51,847 bases of DNA from contig JAJZWK010000001.1 in NCBI GenBank assembly GCA_021846725.1, positions 1 through 51,847 on the forward strand, read 5' to 3'. The translations under genes and the position numbers were made by a program. The notes under the pieces were generated by a model. The model ran no database searches, had not been told where the DNA came from, and saw only the letters and a list, made by a program, of their open reading frames with translations. Source of the stretch: Actinomycetes bacterium (GTDB taxonomy: Bacteria > Actinomycetota > Acidimicrobiia > Acidimicrobiales > JAMCPL01). Numbering within the stretch: the stretch's first letter is position 1; the number at the start of each line of letters is the position of its first letter. Of this stretch, positions 8,402 through 17,720 are shown piece by piece.

Positions 8402-11400
8402 ATGGATGACGATTGGAACGTTGAAATGAAACCTACCTGTAAAAGCGATGATCGCCGTGTGCTCGCTGTGAACACCGGACAAGACACCACCGGCCTTTAT
8501 AACCCTGCCTTTGAGCACGATTCATGCGGGATAGCACTTATAGCTGATATTCACGGCAACAAGAGCCATGGCATAGTGGAGGATGCGTTGATCGCCCTTC
8601 AAAACCTGGCACATCGTGGTGCGACTGGAGCTGAAGAGGAGACTGGTGATGGCGCTGGGATACTGCTTCAAATGCCTCATGACTTTTTCAAATCGCAGAC
8701 CGAACTAGGTATAGGAGAGGTAGAAGAAGGCAAATATGCCTGTGGCATCGTGTTTATGCCCAGGGATGAGAATTCGATACAGAAGTCGATGAGGCGCATA
8801 GAAGAATTGGCTGGAGAAGAATCTCTGAAGGTACTTGGTTGGCGCCAAGTCCCCGTGGACGATACATCCATTGGTGCCACTGCTGCCGAGGCTATATGCT
8901 CGTTTTGGCAGGTAGCGGTGGCTCCAGCTACACCAGTCGACCATGGTGATTTGCGGGATGGGCCACTAGCTATCGATAGAATGGCGTTTTGCTTGAGAAA
9001 ACGAGCAGAGCATGAGCTGGATGGTGTCTACATATCTTCATTATCAAGCAGGACAATAGTGTACAAGGGTATGCTGACCTCCCATCAACTCTCATCGTTT
9101 TATCCTGACCTATTGGAACCATCCCTCAAGTCAGCTATTGCGATGGTCCATTCCAGATTTTCCACCAATACCTTTCCGTCATGGCCACTTGCGCATCCCT
9201 ACAGATATATTGCCCACAATGGCGAGATAAACACTCTCATTAGCAATCGTAATTGGATGCGTGCAAGAGAAGCACTACTCGACTCGGATGTAATCAAGGG
9301 AGATCTGTCCAGACTCTTTCCTATATGTACTCCTGGTGCGTCCGATTCAGCCTCTTTTGATGAGGTAATAGAGCTACTACACCTTGGCGGTAGGTCATTG
9401 CCTCATGCAATCCTTATGATGATCCCTGAAGCGTGGGAGAAAAACGCAGATATGGATCCACAAATGAGGGATTTCTATATGTACCATGCATCCATAATGG
9501 AGCCATGGGACGGCCCAGCAGCCATGATCTTCACTGATGGCGTCATTGCCGGAGGAGTACTGGACAGAAACGGTTTTAGACCATCGCGTTGGCTTCTCAC
9601 AAAGGGTGGAAAACTGGTACTTGGCTCTGAGACCGGTCTACTGGATATAAATCCCGTAGACATAGTCAGAAAAGGGCGGCTACAGCCAGGGAAGATGTTC
9701 CTTATAGATACATCACAGGGACGTATAATAGAGGATACAGAAATCAAGAGTGCACTAGCATCAGAGCATCCTTACGGTCAATGGTTACAGGAACAACAAG
9801 TACATCTAAGCGATCTGCCGTACCGGAAGATGTTGACCCCTCAGCACTCTTCGGTGGTCACACATCAGCGCCTTTTCGGATATACCAATGAGGATCTGAA
9901 AGTAATTATCGGCCCCATGGCTATAGGAGGCCAAGAAGCAGTAGGCTCTATGGGTAACGACGCGGCTATTGCAGTATTATCGACACGCCCCAGACTTCTG
10001 TATGACTACTTTACCCAGCTATTTGCCCAAGTCACCAACCCACCACTCGACGCAATAAGGGAGGAACTTGTCACGTCCACAAGGACTCAGATAGGATCCG
10101 AGGGAAATTTGCTCGATCCTCAACCAGCCTCATGTAAGCAGATTGTTCTCGAATATCCAATCATAGACAACGAAGAGCTTGCCAAGTTGATGTACATAAA
10201 CGAACATGGAGAGACACCTGGATTCAAAGCATTCACTATTGACGGATTGTTCAATTCATCGGGAGGTGCAAATGCCCTAAGAGACGCCATCGAATCAGTG
10301 CGTTCAAAGGTAAGTGATGCTATCGCGAATGGAGCCAACATAATCATACTCTCGGATCGAAACGCCAGTACTGAACTGGCTCCTATCCCGATGTTGTTGC
10401 TTGTCTCTGCCGTTCATGAACATCTGGTAAGAGAGCGTACAAGAACAAAGGTTGGGTTAATCGCCGAGAGTGGTGAGGCCAGAGAGGTTCATCATATGGC
10501 CCTATTGGTGGCTTATGGAGCATCAGCTATCAACCCGTACCTTGCCTTTGAAACAGTAGATGATATGGTTGCCAATGGTTTGTTGGAGGATATTTCTGCA
10601 CTCGAGGCTCGTCAGCACTATGTGAAAGCCTGCACAAAGGGAATAGTAAAGGTGATGTCGAAGATGGGTATATCCACGGTAGCATCCTATATCGGTTCAC
10701 ATGTATTTGAAGCAATTGGCCTGGACAGGGATTTCGTAGATGAATACTTCAGTGGTACTACTAGTAGGATAGGTGGCGTAGGACTCGAAGTTATTACAGA
10801 GGAGGTATTGGAGCGCCATCGCAGAGCATTCAGCCGGTTGCAGTCGGTACGGGCTCATCGCGAACTCGAGACCGGAGGAGAGTATCAGTGGCGTCGCGAA
10901 GGAGAAGCACACCTGCTGGCCCCTAAGGTGGTGTTCAAGGTGCAGCAGGCCGTAAGAAACCGTGATTACTCATTGTTCAAGGAATATACAAACCTAGTCG
11001 ACGAACAATCCGAGCAACTTTGTACATTGAGGGGTCTGATGCACTTCAAGAAGGGGACAATCTCGCCCATTCCCCTGAGCGAGGTAGAGCCGGTGTCTAG
11101 CATTGTTAAGCGTTTTTCAACTGGTGCCATGTCATATGGATCGATATCGAAAGAAGCCCATGAAGCACTCGCCATTGCAATGAACCGGCTGGGGGGAAAA
11201 TCGAATACCGGTGAAGGAGGGGAGGATCCCGATAGATTTACAGTAGACCCGAACGGGGATTCCCGGCGTAGTGCCATTAAGCAGGTTGCCTCGGGACGTT
11301 TTGGTGTAACTATAGATTATCTAGTCAATTCAGACGACATACAGATCAAGATCTCCCAGGGAGCCAAACCAGGAGAAGGTGGTCAGTTGCCGCCGCATAA

Positions 11401-13366
11401 GGTATATCCCTGGATAGCGCGTACCAGATACTCTACCCCGGGAGTAGGACTTATCTCGCCACCACCACACCATGATATCTACTCGATAGAGGATATTGCC
11501 CAGCTCATACACGACCTAAAGTGCTCTAATCCTAACGCTCGCGTGCATGTAAAGCTAGTTGCTGAAGTGGGTGTAGGTACTGTAGCGGCGGGGGTCGCCA
11601 AAGCGAAATCAGATGTAGTGCTCATATCCGGACATGACGGTGGCACCGGCGCCGCGCCGCTTACCTCTATCAAGCATGCAGGCATCCCCTGGGAGATAGG
11701 GTTAGCCGAGACGAATCAGGTACTGGTAGCAAACGGTCTACGTGATCGTATAGTTGTTCAAGTAGACGGCCAATTAAAGACTGGCCGTGACGTGATGATC
11801 GGAGCGTTACTTGGAGCTGAGGAATTTGGTTTTGCCACTATGGCTTTGGTTGCACTTGGCTGTGTCATGATGAGGGTATGTCATCTCGACACCTGTCCGG
11901 TAGGTATTGCCACCCAGAATCCCGTACTGCGTAATCGCTTTACAGGAAAGCCAGATTACGTAGAGGCGTTCTTTGAGATGATCGCTGAGGAAGTACGAGA
12001 GTATCTCGCTGAGCTGGGATTGAGATCATTGGAGGATGCTATAGGCCGGGTGGATCTGCTTGATGTGGAACCTGCTTTAGAACACTGGAAGGCACGCGGT
12101 CTGGATCTTTCTCCCATACTGTCCTTGCCTGCAAATAATTACGGAACTGAGCGTTTTCAATGTGCCGTTCAGAACCACGGAATCGACTTGCAACTGGACT
12201 GGAAGTTTATCGATGAGTGTATAGCAGGCATTGAGCAGGGACATCCGGTGACAGTCGAACTTCCTATAAGGAATGTCCACAGGACAGTAGGAACCTTGCT
12301 GAGCCATACCATCGTTTCACGCTTCGGTGCCAAGAATGGCGATAGTAGCGACAGTAAGGTCGTTCAGGCTAGTGGTGATAGTGGCGGTGGGATCGTTGGG
12401 GCTGCTGACGGTGATAGTGGCGGTGGGGTCATTAAGGGTGCTGATGATAGCGGTATAGGCATAGAGAGCGCTAATAAGCTGAGTGCCAATAAGCTACCCG
12501 ATGACTTTGTGACTATAAAATTAAACGGTTCTGCCGGACAGAGTTTTGGAGCGTTCCTGACAAAGGGAGTGACACTCCGGCTGGTCGGTGATGCCAACGA
12601 TTACCTGGGCAAGGGGCTGTCAGGCGGCAGAATCATTGTGACACCTCCACCAGAATCACTGTTCATCGCTGAGGAACAGATTATCGCGGGTAATGTCATA
12701 CTCTATGGAGCTACCAGGGGCGAATTATTCATGAGAGGGCAAGCAGGTGAAAGATTCTGTGTAAGGAATTCAGGAGCTATCGCAATTGCAGAAGGAATAG
12801 GTGACCATGGGTGTGAGTATATGACAGGTGGTATAGCTGTCATATTGGGACAAGTAGGTAGAAACTTTGCTGCTGGCATGTCTGGTGGAGTTGCCTATCT
12901 CTATATCGGAGACCTTGTAAATACTGGAGACCTTGGAAATACTCCTTGGGGAAATCCAGATGGTACGGCAACTCAGAGTGATAACGGTAATACAGTCGAT
13001 ATAATCAATATAGCCGATATGGATCATGAGGTCCATGTATCGAGTGATGAAGATGATATTTCTGGATACGACATAACTCGACATAAAATCGCTCAACTAT
13101 ATATTGCCAAACATATCAATACAGAGATGGTAGACGTGGTTGCGCTTGACAAGGAAGACATTGAATTATTGAGAGACCTGTTGATCAGGTATCATAGTGA
13201 GACTGGCTCGACCATTGCTGCCACCATACTACACAACTTCAATAAAGTCTCTAGTACATTCTTGAAAGTCATGCCGCGAGATTATGCAAAAATTATACAG
13301 ATTACGAAGTTGGCTGAAGCTGAGGGAAGATCGGTAGACGATGCGGTTATGGAAGCTATACGATAA
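8402..13366 (+). CDS. gltB: Glutamate synthase large subunit
   Basis: 1654 aa. It has the Ntn amidotransferase start ([11 protein letters not shown]), the FMN/Fe-S central domain ([58 protein letters not shown]) and the C-terminal GXGXG domain ([24 protein letters not shown]). The exact start is uncertain. Confidence 0.95.
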   Translation: MDDDWNVEMKPTCKSDDRRVLAVNTGQDTTGLYNPAFEHDSCGIALIADIHGNKSHGIVEDALIALQNLAHRGATGAEEETGDGAGILLQMPHDFFKSQTELGIGEVEEGKYACGIVFMPRDENSIQKSMRRIEELAGEESLKVLGWRQVPVDDTSIGATAAEAICSFWQVAVAPATPVDHGDLRDGPLAIDRMAFCLRKRAEHELDGVYISSLSSRTIVYKGMLTSHQLSSFYPDLLEPSLKSAIAMVHSRFSTNTFPSWPLAHPYRYIAHNGEINTLISNRNWMRAREALLDSDVIKGDLSRLFPICTPGASDSASFDEVIELLHLGGRSLPHAILMMIPEAWEKNADMDPQMRDFYMYHASIMEPWDGPAAMIFTDGVIAGGVLDRNGFRPSRWLLTKGGKLVLGSETGLLDINPVDIVRKGRLQPGKMFLIDTSQGRIIEDTEIKSALASEHPYGQWLQEQQVHLSDLPYRKMLTPQHSSVVTHQRLFGYTNEDLKVIIGPMAIGGQEAVGSMGNDAAIAVLSTRPRLLYDYFTQLFAQVTNPPLDAIREELVTSTRTQIGSEGNLLDPQPASCKQIVLEYPIIDNEELAKLMYINEHGETPGFKAFTIDGLFNSSGGANALRDAIESVRSKVSDAIANGANIIILSDRNASTELAPIPMLLLVSAVHEHLVRERTRTKVGLIAESGEAREVHHMALLVAYGASAINPYLAFETVDDMVANGLLEDISALEARQHYVKACTKGIVKVMSKMGISTVASYIGSHVFEAIGLDRDFVDEYFSGTTSRIGGVGLEVITEEVLERHRRAFSRLQSVRAHRELETGGEYQWRREGEAHLLAPKVVFKVQQAVRNRDYSLFKEYTNLVDEQSEQLCTLRGLMHFKKGTISPIPLSEVEPVSSIVKRFSTGAMSYGSISKEAHEALAIAMNRLGGKSNTGEGGEDPDRFTVDPNGDSRRSAIKQVASGRFGVTIDYLVNSDDIQIKISQGAKPGEGGQLPPHKVYPWIARTRYSTPGVGLISPPPHHDIYSIEDIAQLIHDLKCSNPNARVHVKLVAEVGVGTVAAGVAKAKSDVVLISGHDGGTGAAPLTSIKHAGIPWEIGLAETNQVLVANGLRDRIVVQVDGQLKTGRDVMIGALLGAEEFGFATMALVALGCVMMRVCHLDTCPVGIATQNPVLRNRFTGKPDYVEAFFEMIAEEVREYLAELGLRSLEDAIGRVDLLDVEPALEHWKARGLDLSPILSLPANNYGTERFQCAVQNHGIDLQLDWKFIDECIAGIEQGHPVTVELPIRNVHRTVGTLLSHTIVSRFGAKNGDSSDSKVVQASGDSGGGIVGAADGDSGGGVIKGADDSGIGIESANKLSANKLPDDFVTIKLNGSAGQSFGAFLTKGVTLRLVGDANDYLGKGLSGGRIIVTPPPESLFIAEEQIIAGNVILYGATRGELFMRGQAGERFCVRNSGAIAIAEGIGDHGCEYMTGGIAVILGQVGRNFAAGMSGGVAYLYIGDLVNTGDLGNTPWGNPDGTATQSDNGNTVDIINIADMDHEVHVSSDEDDISGYDITRHKIAQLYIAKHINTEMVDVVALDKEDIELLRDLLIRYHSETGSTIAATILHNFNKVSSTFLKVMPRDYAKIIQITKLAEAEGRSVDDAVMEAIR

Positions 13367-13385
13367 TGAAGGTTGAGAGGTAACC

Positions 13386-14906
13386 ATGGGCAAGATAACA
13401 GGATTTCTCGAATATGCAAGGCAATTGCCCCCCAGGAGGCCAGTCGAAACAAGAAAGCACGATTGGAATGAAGTATATGAACCCTTTCCTGAAGATATGG
13501 CCAGGACACAGGCAGCTAGATGCATGGACTGTGGTATTCCATTCTGCCACCTTGGATGTCCTCTGGGAAATCTGATCCCGGAATGGAATGACCTTGTCTA
13601 CAGGGGACATTGGCGAGAAGCATCGGAGCGCCTTCATGCTACAAACAACTTTCCGGAGTTTACCGGTAGGCTGTGTCCCGCACCCTGCGAAGCAGCCTGT
13701 GTACTTGGTATAGCTGATGATCCTGTAACCATTGAACGCATGGAATACGAGATAGTGGAGACTGCATGGTCAAATGGTTGGATAGTTCCCATACTTCCTG
13801 AGGTAGAATCAGGTAAATCTGTGGCTATCGTAGGATCCGGTCCGTCTGGGCTGGCATGCGCCCAGCAACTAAGACGAGCTGGACATAGAGTAACCGTATA
13901 CGAAAGGGATAGTAAGCCAGGTGGGTTATTACGTTACGGCATACCGGAATTCAAGATGGAAAAACGCTTTCTGGACAGGCGCCTGGAACAGCTTCGAGCG
14001 GAAGGCGTTGAGTTTGTCTGCGATACCTATGTAGGAATGGATGTAGATACACCCAATGAAAATTACTATAGTTGGGATGCCACAAGGAAAAATCGTGTCT
14101 CGGCGAAAAAGTTGCTCGATAGTCACAATGCCCTTGTACTGGCAATAGGAACTGGCCTCTCCAGAAATCTCGACATTCCGGGGCGCGGTCTTGATGGCAT
14201 CCATTATGCACTCGAGTATCTGAGACCATCAAATTTATTACGTGAAGGCGTGCAATGTGAAACATTCATATCAGCAGAAGGCAAAGATGTCGTGATACTC
14301 GGTGGAGGTGATACTGGTGCCGATTGCCTGGGCACAGTCCACCGTCAGGGTGCCAAGTCAGTTCTTCAATTGGAAATTATGCCAAAGCCACCATTGTCCA
14401 GACCAATAGATCAACCGTGGCCCACTTATCCTATGATCTTTCGTACTACGTCGGCCCATGAAGAGGGAGGAGAGCGTTATTATTCCCTTAATACCAAAGA
14501 GTTCATAGGTGACGGAGATGGTCATTTGAATGGGATAATCGTAGAAGAAGTGTCAATGGAATATAAAGATGGACGTCCGGTGTTTAATAGTATTGACGGA
14601 ACTGAACGAATCCTCAAGTGCGACCTAGCGTTACTAGCACTCGGGTTTGTTGGCCCCGAGCAATCTGGTGCAGCTGCCGAAATGGGAGTAAAGTTTAATG
14701 CCAGAGGTAACATCATTGTAGACAGCAATTGGATGACTACCACTGAAGGGGTGTTCTCATGCGGAGATGCTGCCAGGGGTCAATCACTAATTGTGTGGGC
14801 AATAGCAGAGGGTAGATCAACAGCTGAATCTGTAGATGCTTTCTTGACTGGTAGACAAAGCTCTTTGCCTGTTCCGGTAAAACCTGGTGAAATGAGTATA
14901 AGGTAG
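13386..14906 (+). CDS. gltD: Glutamate synthase small subunit (NADPH)
   Basis: Contains Fe-S cysteines (ARCMDCGIPFC, CPAPCEAAC), two dinucleotide folds (VAIVGSGPSGLACA, VVILGGGDTGADC) and CGDAARGQSLIVWAI. A GAGAGG RBS lies 7 nt upstream. Confidence 0.93.
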   Translation: MGKITGFLEYARQLPPRRPVETRKHDWNEVYEPFPEDMARTQAARCMDCGIPFCHLGCPLGNLIPEWNDLVYRGHWREASERLHATNNFPEFTGRLCPAPCEAACVLGIADDPVTIERMEYEIVETAWSNGWIVPILPEVESGKSVAIVGSGPSGLACAQQLRRAGHRVTVYERDSKPGGLLRYGIPEFKMEKRFLDRRLEQLRAEGVEFVCDTYVGMDVDTPNENYYSWDATRKNRVSAKKLLDSHNALVLAIGTGLSRNLDIPGRGLDGIHYALEYLRPSNLLREGVQCETFISAEGKDVVILGGGDTGADCLGTVHRQGAKSVLQLEIMPKPPLSRPIDQPWPTYPMIFRTTSAHEEGGERYYSLNTKEFIGDGDGHLNGIIVEEVSMEYKDGRPVFNSIDGTERILKCDLALLALGFVGPEQSGAAAEMGVKFNARGNIIVDSNWMTTTEGVFSCGDAARGQSLIVWAIAEGRSTAESVDAFLTGRQSSLPVPVKPGEMSIR

Positions 14907-14971
14907 TTCGCAAATTAATACCTAGGTGGCTGATACAAAACGGCCAAAACCTCGAAAAAATGTCTGTACTC

Positions 14972-15050
14972 GTTATGATAATGCAAGTAAGATGCTCGCG
15001 CGCTGTCGATTATGCGCGCAATCCAGCAAAAAACACCAGATACCTAGGTG
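14972..15050 (+). repeat. Dispersed intergenic element, copy A1
   Basis: GTTATGATAATGCAAGTAAGATGCTCGCGCGCTGTCGATTATGCGCGCAATCCAGCAAAAAACACCAGATACCTAGG aligns by eye with the reverse complement of 25464-25540 at roughly three-quarters identity, and also with 15105-15175. Confidence 0.7.
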
Positions 15051-15104
15051 ATCAACATAGATTGAACGGTCAACAGCTTGAAAAAAGTGGTTGTAACCGT
15101 CATG

Positions 15105-15194
15105 ATTGTGTAAGTCAGGTATCCACGCATTGCCGATTACGTGTGTAATCCAACAAAGCACCAATCGAGTAGGCAAAGATAACTTGTTCCATAC
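15105..15194 (+). repeat. Dispersed element copy A3, fused to the first copy of a 37-nt direct repeat (15158-15194)
   Basis: GTCAGGTATCCACGCATTGCCGATTACGTGTGTAATCCAACAAAGCACCAATCGAGTAGGC parallels copy A2 (GTTAGGTGCTCGCTCATTGCTGATTATGTGCGCAATCCAGCGAAAAACACTAATTGCCTAGAC). Confidence 0.7.
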
Positions 15195-15229
15195 GTGGTG
15201 CCACCTAGCAGTCAATCGCCACCCGACAT

Positions 15230-15266
15230 GCACCAATCGAGTAGGCAAAGATAACTTGTTCCATAC
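15230..15266 (+). repeat. Second copy of the 37-nt direct repeat GCACCAATCGAGTAGGCAAAGATAACTTGTTCCATAC
   Basis: It is identical to 15158-15194, giving a period of 72 nt with a 35-nt intervening segment. Confidence 0.8.
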
Positions 15267-15430
15267 CCTCTCTTAACAGGGAATATGGTTAAACTATAAC
15301 CCTCAAGTATAGGTTTAGAGTTTGAATCTATGCTTTTATTGTCATAAAGTTGTGTATTATTATAACGTTATAAAAATAGCATATATGCATAATAATGCAA
15401 TATATTGCTGCTATTCTTTTTACGGTGCAA

Positions 15431-15462
15431 CAAATATGCATAAATGAATATATGCATATTTG
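15431..15462. promoter_or_regulatory. 32-bp palindrome (candidate operator) in an AT-rich region upstream of the MerR gene
   Basis: CAAATATGCATA-AATGAATA-TATGCATATTTG has perfect 12-bp arms. Further ATATGCAT/ATGCA boxes lie at about 15381-15405. Confidence 0.4.
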
Positions 15463-15587
15463 TTAAATACCTGTTCAGTGCATAAATTACTATTATGTGA
15501 CTTTCAACCATTAGTAGATGTATAGTCACAGGTGATATAGATATACAGCAATGTAAAAAATGAACTACCAAGAGGGAGGTTATGGCT

Positions 15588-16220
15588 ATGAAAAAGAGCA
15601 GGGTCACAACGACAAGAAATACGATTACAGATGATGCCATCCAGTTAGATGCTACTTTGGATGGTATGGACAGTACTGATAATATTACAGACGATACTGC
15701 TGCCGACGGTAATACTCAAAACAACCAGAATGTCAGTGACGAAACTGGTGTAACATTGGAAGGTTTTAGAGGTCCCCAAGTTTGTAAACTTATTGGTATA
15801 TCCTATCGTCAACTTGATTATTGGGCCAGAACTGGTCTATTGACTCCTTCAGTGGTGCAGGCATCGGGAAGTGGTACACAAAGAATCTATTCATACAACG
15901 ACGTATTGGAATTGAAAGTTCTAAAGCGCCTACTTGATTCAGGGGTGTCGCTCAGAAGCGCACGTAAGGCTGTTGATTGCTTGCGCGATGAGGTCGGAGG
16001 TGAACTTGGGTCTTCTACATTAGTATTTGCCGGTGGTCGTTCCATTCTCGCTCATTCCAACGATGAAGTAATTGACCTCCTTCGTAACGGGCAAGGTGTT
16101 TTTAGCATGGTTGCGCTACAAGATATAGTAAGCGAACTGGATACAGATATCACGACACTATCTGGTAGGTCTGGGTCTGGCGAGAGTATTCCAAAAACCC
16201 CTTTGGATCACGCCATATAA
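15588..16220 (+). CDS. MerR-family transcriptional regulator with a long low-complexity N-terminal extension
   Basis: The MerR HTH is present (VCKLIGISYRQLDYWARTGLLTPSV...QRIYSYNDVLELKVLKRLLDSGVSLRSARKAV). A GGAGG at 15575-15579 favours ATG 15588 over ATG 15582. Confidence 0.85.
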   Translation: MKKSRVTTTRNTITDDAIQLDATLDGMDSTDNITDDTAADGNTQNNQNVSDETGVTLEGFRGPQVCKLIGISYRQLDYWARTGLLTPSVVQASGSGTQRIYSYNDVLELKVLKRLLDSGVSLRSARKAVDCLRDEVGGELGSSTLVFAGGRSILAHSNDEVIDLLRNGQGVFSMVALQDIVSELDTDITTLSGRSGSGESIPKTPLDHAI

Positions 16221-16240
16221 AATCATTCAGTATGATAGGC

Positions 16241-16389
16241 TCAGTGGATAGACATCTCGGGCTTGTCGCCCCTCATGCTCCGCATGACTTTGTTGCTGTC
16301 GGACAGGCACTCCAGCGTACCTCTCCTTATTTGCCTTGCCTCGCTCGCTTGGATAGACGACTTTCTGATACAACTTGCCTATCCACTGA
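16241..16389 (+). promoter_or_regulatory. Structured leader candidate upstream of gcvT (unclassified)
   Basis: An 11-bp perfect long-range pairing joins TCAGTGGATAG (16241-16251) to CTATCCACTGA (16379-16389). The same 3' arm can instead pair with TGGATAG at 16350-16356. I recognised no known riboswitch motif. Confidence 0.35.
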
Positions 16390-16487
16390 ACTTCTGAGAC
16401 AGAGCCACGAAAAACTATGCATAAACTATTCTACGCACACCACATTGTATGAACTACACCACATTGATCTACCACACGTGAACCACA

Positions 16488-17720
16488 TTGTATGAACCCA
16501 TTGATCAGCCGCGTCGGTCAGTACTTTACGACCTCCATAAGTCTATCGGTGCCAGGTTTACTGTATTTGGTGGATGGGAGATGCCTTTACGCTATCCCGG
16601 TGGCACTATAAATGAGCACTTGTCTTGTAGAAATTCATGTGCAATTTTTGACACTAGCCATCTAGGCTCACTCCTTGTAGAAGGTAGTGGCGCATTCGAT
16701 ATGTTGCAGAAAGAACTGACGAATGATCTAGAGAAAATATGTCCGGGACGGGCTCAGTATACACATTTGGTGACTCCCTCTGATGGATCTGTCCAGGACG
16801 ATTTGATAGTATGGTGGCTTGAGCCAGACAGGTTCATAGTGCTGGCCAACGCAGCAAATACTCAGTTGGTAGCAGGTATCCTGCATGCAGAAGATATCAC
16901 TTCATCTAGAGCGCTGTTGGCCATTCAAGGCCCTAATGCACGTAAAGTGCTATCTACAATAGACCCAGAACTGTCCACCGTAAAGAGTAATCAAGTACGT
17001 GCAATAACTATCGATGGAGCTTCCTGTACCATAGCAGGAACGGGGTATACCGGAGAAGACGGCATAGAGATTGAGGTGCCGTCAACACATGCCGAGCCAC
17101 TGTTCAGCCACTTTATGGATGCTGGAGCCACTCCTGCCGGACTAGGCGCCAGAGATACCTTACGCCTAGAAGCTGGGTTACCGTTATTTGGCCACGAATT
17201 AGGTCCAGGTATATCTCCATTGCAAGCAGGACTCAATTGGGTAGTCGGATGGCAAAAAAAGTCATTCAGGGGAAAGGTAGCATTGGAAAAGGAGAGAGAC
17301 TCCGGCCCTAGGCGTATGCTTTGGGGGTTGATCGGGGAGAATCGCAGACCACTGCGGGATAATTCCTATCTATATATTCCATCCAACGGAGAGCAGAAAG
17401 AGCGGGTTGGACGGGGAGAGCATAAGGAGCGAAACGAGATAGGGGAGCAGGAGGAACGGAAGAAGATGGAAGAGAAGAGAGAGCAGTTCAATCAAGGGGA
17501 TCACGATAAGCAGATGCAACAGAGCGGGCAACATGATCCAATTGGAAGGATTACCAGTGGGGGGTATGGCCCGACAATCGGTAGAGGGATAGCTATGGCT
17601 CTAATATCCACTGACGTGGAAGCATATCCGGATATGATTATCGACGCAGTGCATGACGATAAAACGGTACCCGTTCGGCTAAGTAAATTACCATTTGTAC
17701 CTCGTAGTAGACCTCGGTGA
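16488..17720 (+). CDS. gcvT: Glycine cleavage system aminomethyltransferase (T protein)
   Basis: SVLYDLHKSIGARFTVFGGWEMPLRY, AIFDTSHLG, GYTGEDGIEI and ARDTLRLEAGLPLFGHEL are present. TTG 16488 is the only start available after the in-frame TGA at 16479-16481. A charged insert of about 50 aa lies near the C-terminus. Confidence 0.9.
   Translation: MYEPIDQPRRSVLYDLHKSIGARFTVFGGWEMPLRYPGGTINEHLSCRNSCAIFDTSHLGSLLVEGSGAFDMLQKELTNDLEKICPGRAQYTHLVTPSDGSVQDDLIVWWLEPDRFIVLANAANTQLVAGILHAEDITSSRALLAIQGPNARKVLSTIDPELSTVKSNQVRAITIDGASCTIAGTGYTGEDGIEIEVPSTHAEPLFSHFMDAGATPAGLGARDTLRLEAGLPLFGHELGPGISPLQAGLNWVVGWQKKSFRGKVALEKERDSGPRRMLWGLIGENRRPLRDNSYLYIPSNGEQKERVGRGEHKERNEIGEQEERKKMEEKREQFNQGDHDKQMQQSGQHDPIGRITSGGYGPTIGRGIAMALISTDVEAYPDMIIDAVHDDKTVPVRLSKLPFVPRSRPR

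Noticed and set aside
15005-15030. dif-like Xer recombination site inside the dispersed element (TTGCGCGCATAA on the complement resembles the XerC arm GTGCGCATAA of E. coli dif)
   Set aside because: Only one arm is similar. There is no TTATG-type second arm at the right spacing, and the motif is not conserved in copy A3 (ACACACGTAA).
14960-15148. Annotating the 62-aa ORF (MSVLVMIMQVRCSRAVDYARNPAKNT...) as a CDS feature
   Set aside because: The peptide-level similarity to the 25530-region copy is suggestive. However, there is no RBS, the third copy carries a stop at codon 2, and the substitution counts per codon position (about 1:7:8 for positions 1:2:3) are not clearly coding-like. I kept it as a repeat with a flagged hypothesis.
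15158-15266. CRISPR array (37-nt repeats with a 35-nt spacer); the same idea applies at 25563-25672
   Set aside because: Each locus has only two repeat copies, and the repeat sequences differ between loci. The first repeat at 15158 is continuous with a larger dispersed element. No cas genes or leader are visible in the window. I report these as repeats, not CRISPR.
15368-15640. 90-aa hydrophobic ORF on the minus strand in the AT-rich island
   Set aside because: The hydrophobic, Ile/Leu/Phe/Tyr-rich composition follows from the AT-rich DNA. There is no RBS, the ORF overlaps the MerR start region in antisense, and it has no motif.
16221-16487. Glycine riboswitch upstream of gcvT
   Set aside because: I looked for GGAGAG, CCGAAGG(A/G)GCAA and CUCAGGCAAAAGGAC on the + strand and found none. 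GGAGAGG and a CCGACAGCAA-like string occur only on the complementary strand, which is the wrong orientation for gcvT. A covariance-model scan is still needed to be certain.
16232-16495. 87-aa ORF in the gcvT leader and 88-aa ORF at 17717-17983 as protein-coding genes (possible missing gcvH)
   Set aside because: Neither shows a lipoyl-attachment motif or any family resemblance. The second is read through the pentanucleotide repeat (GQDRTGQDRTGQD). Both are better explained as non-coding leader or spacer.
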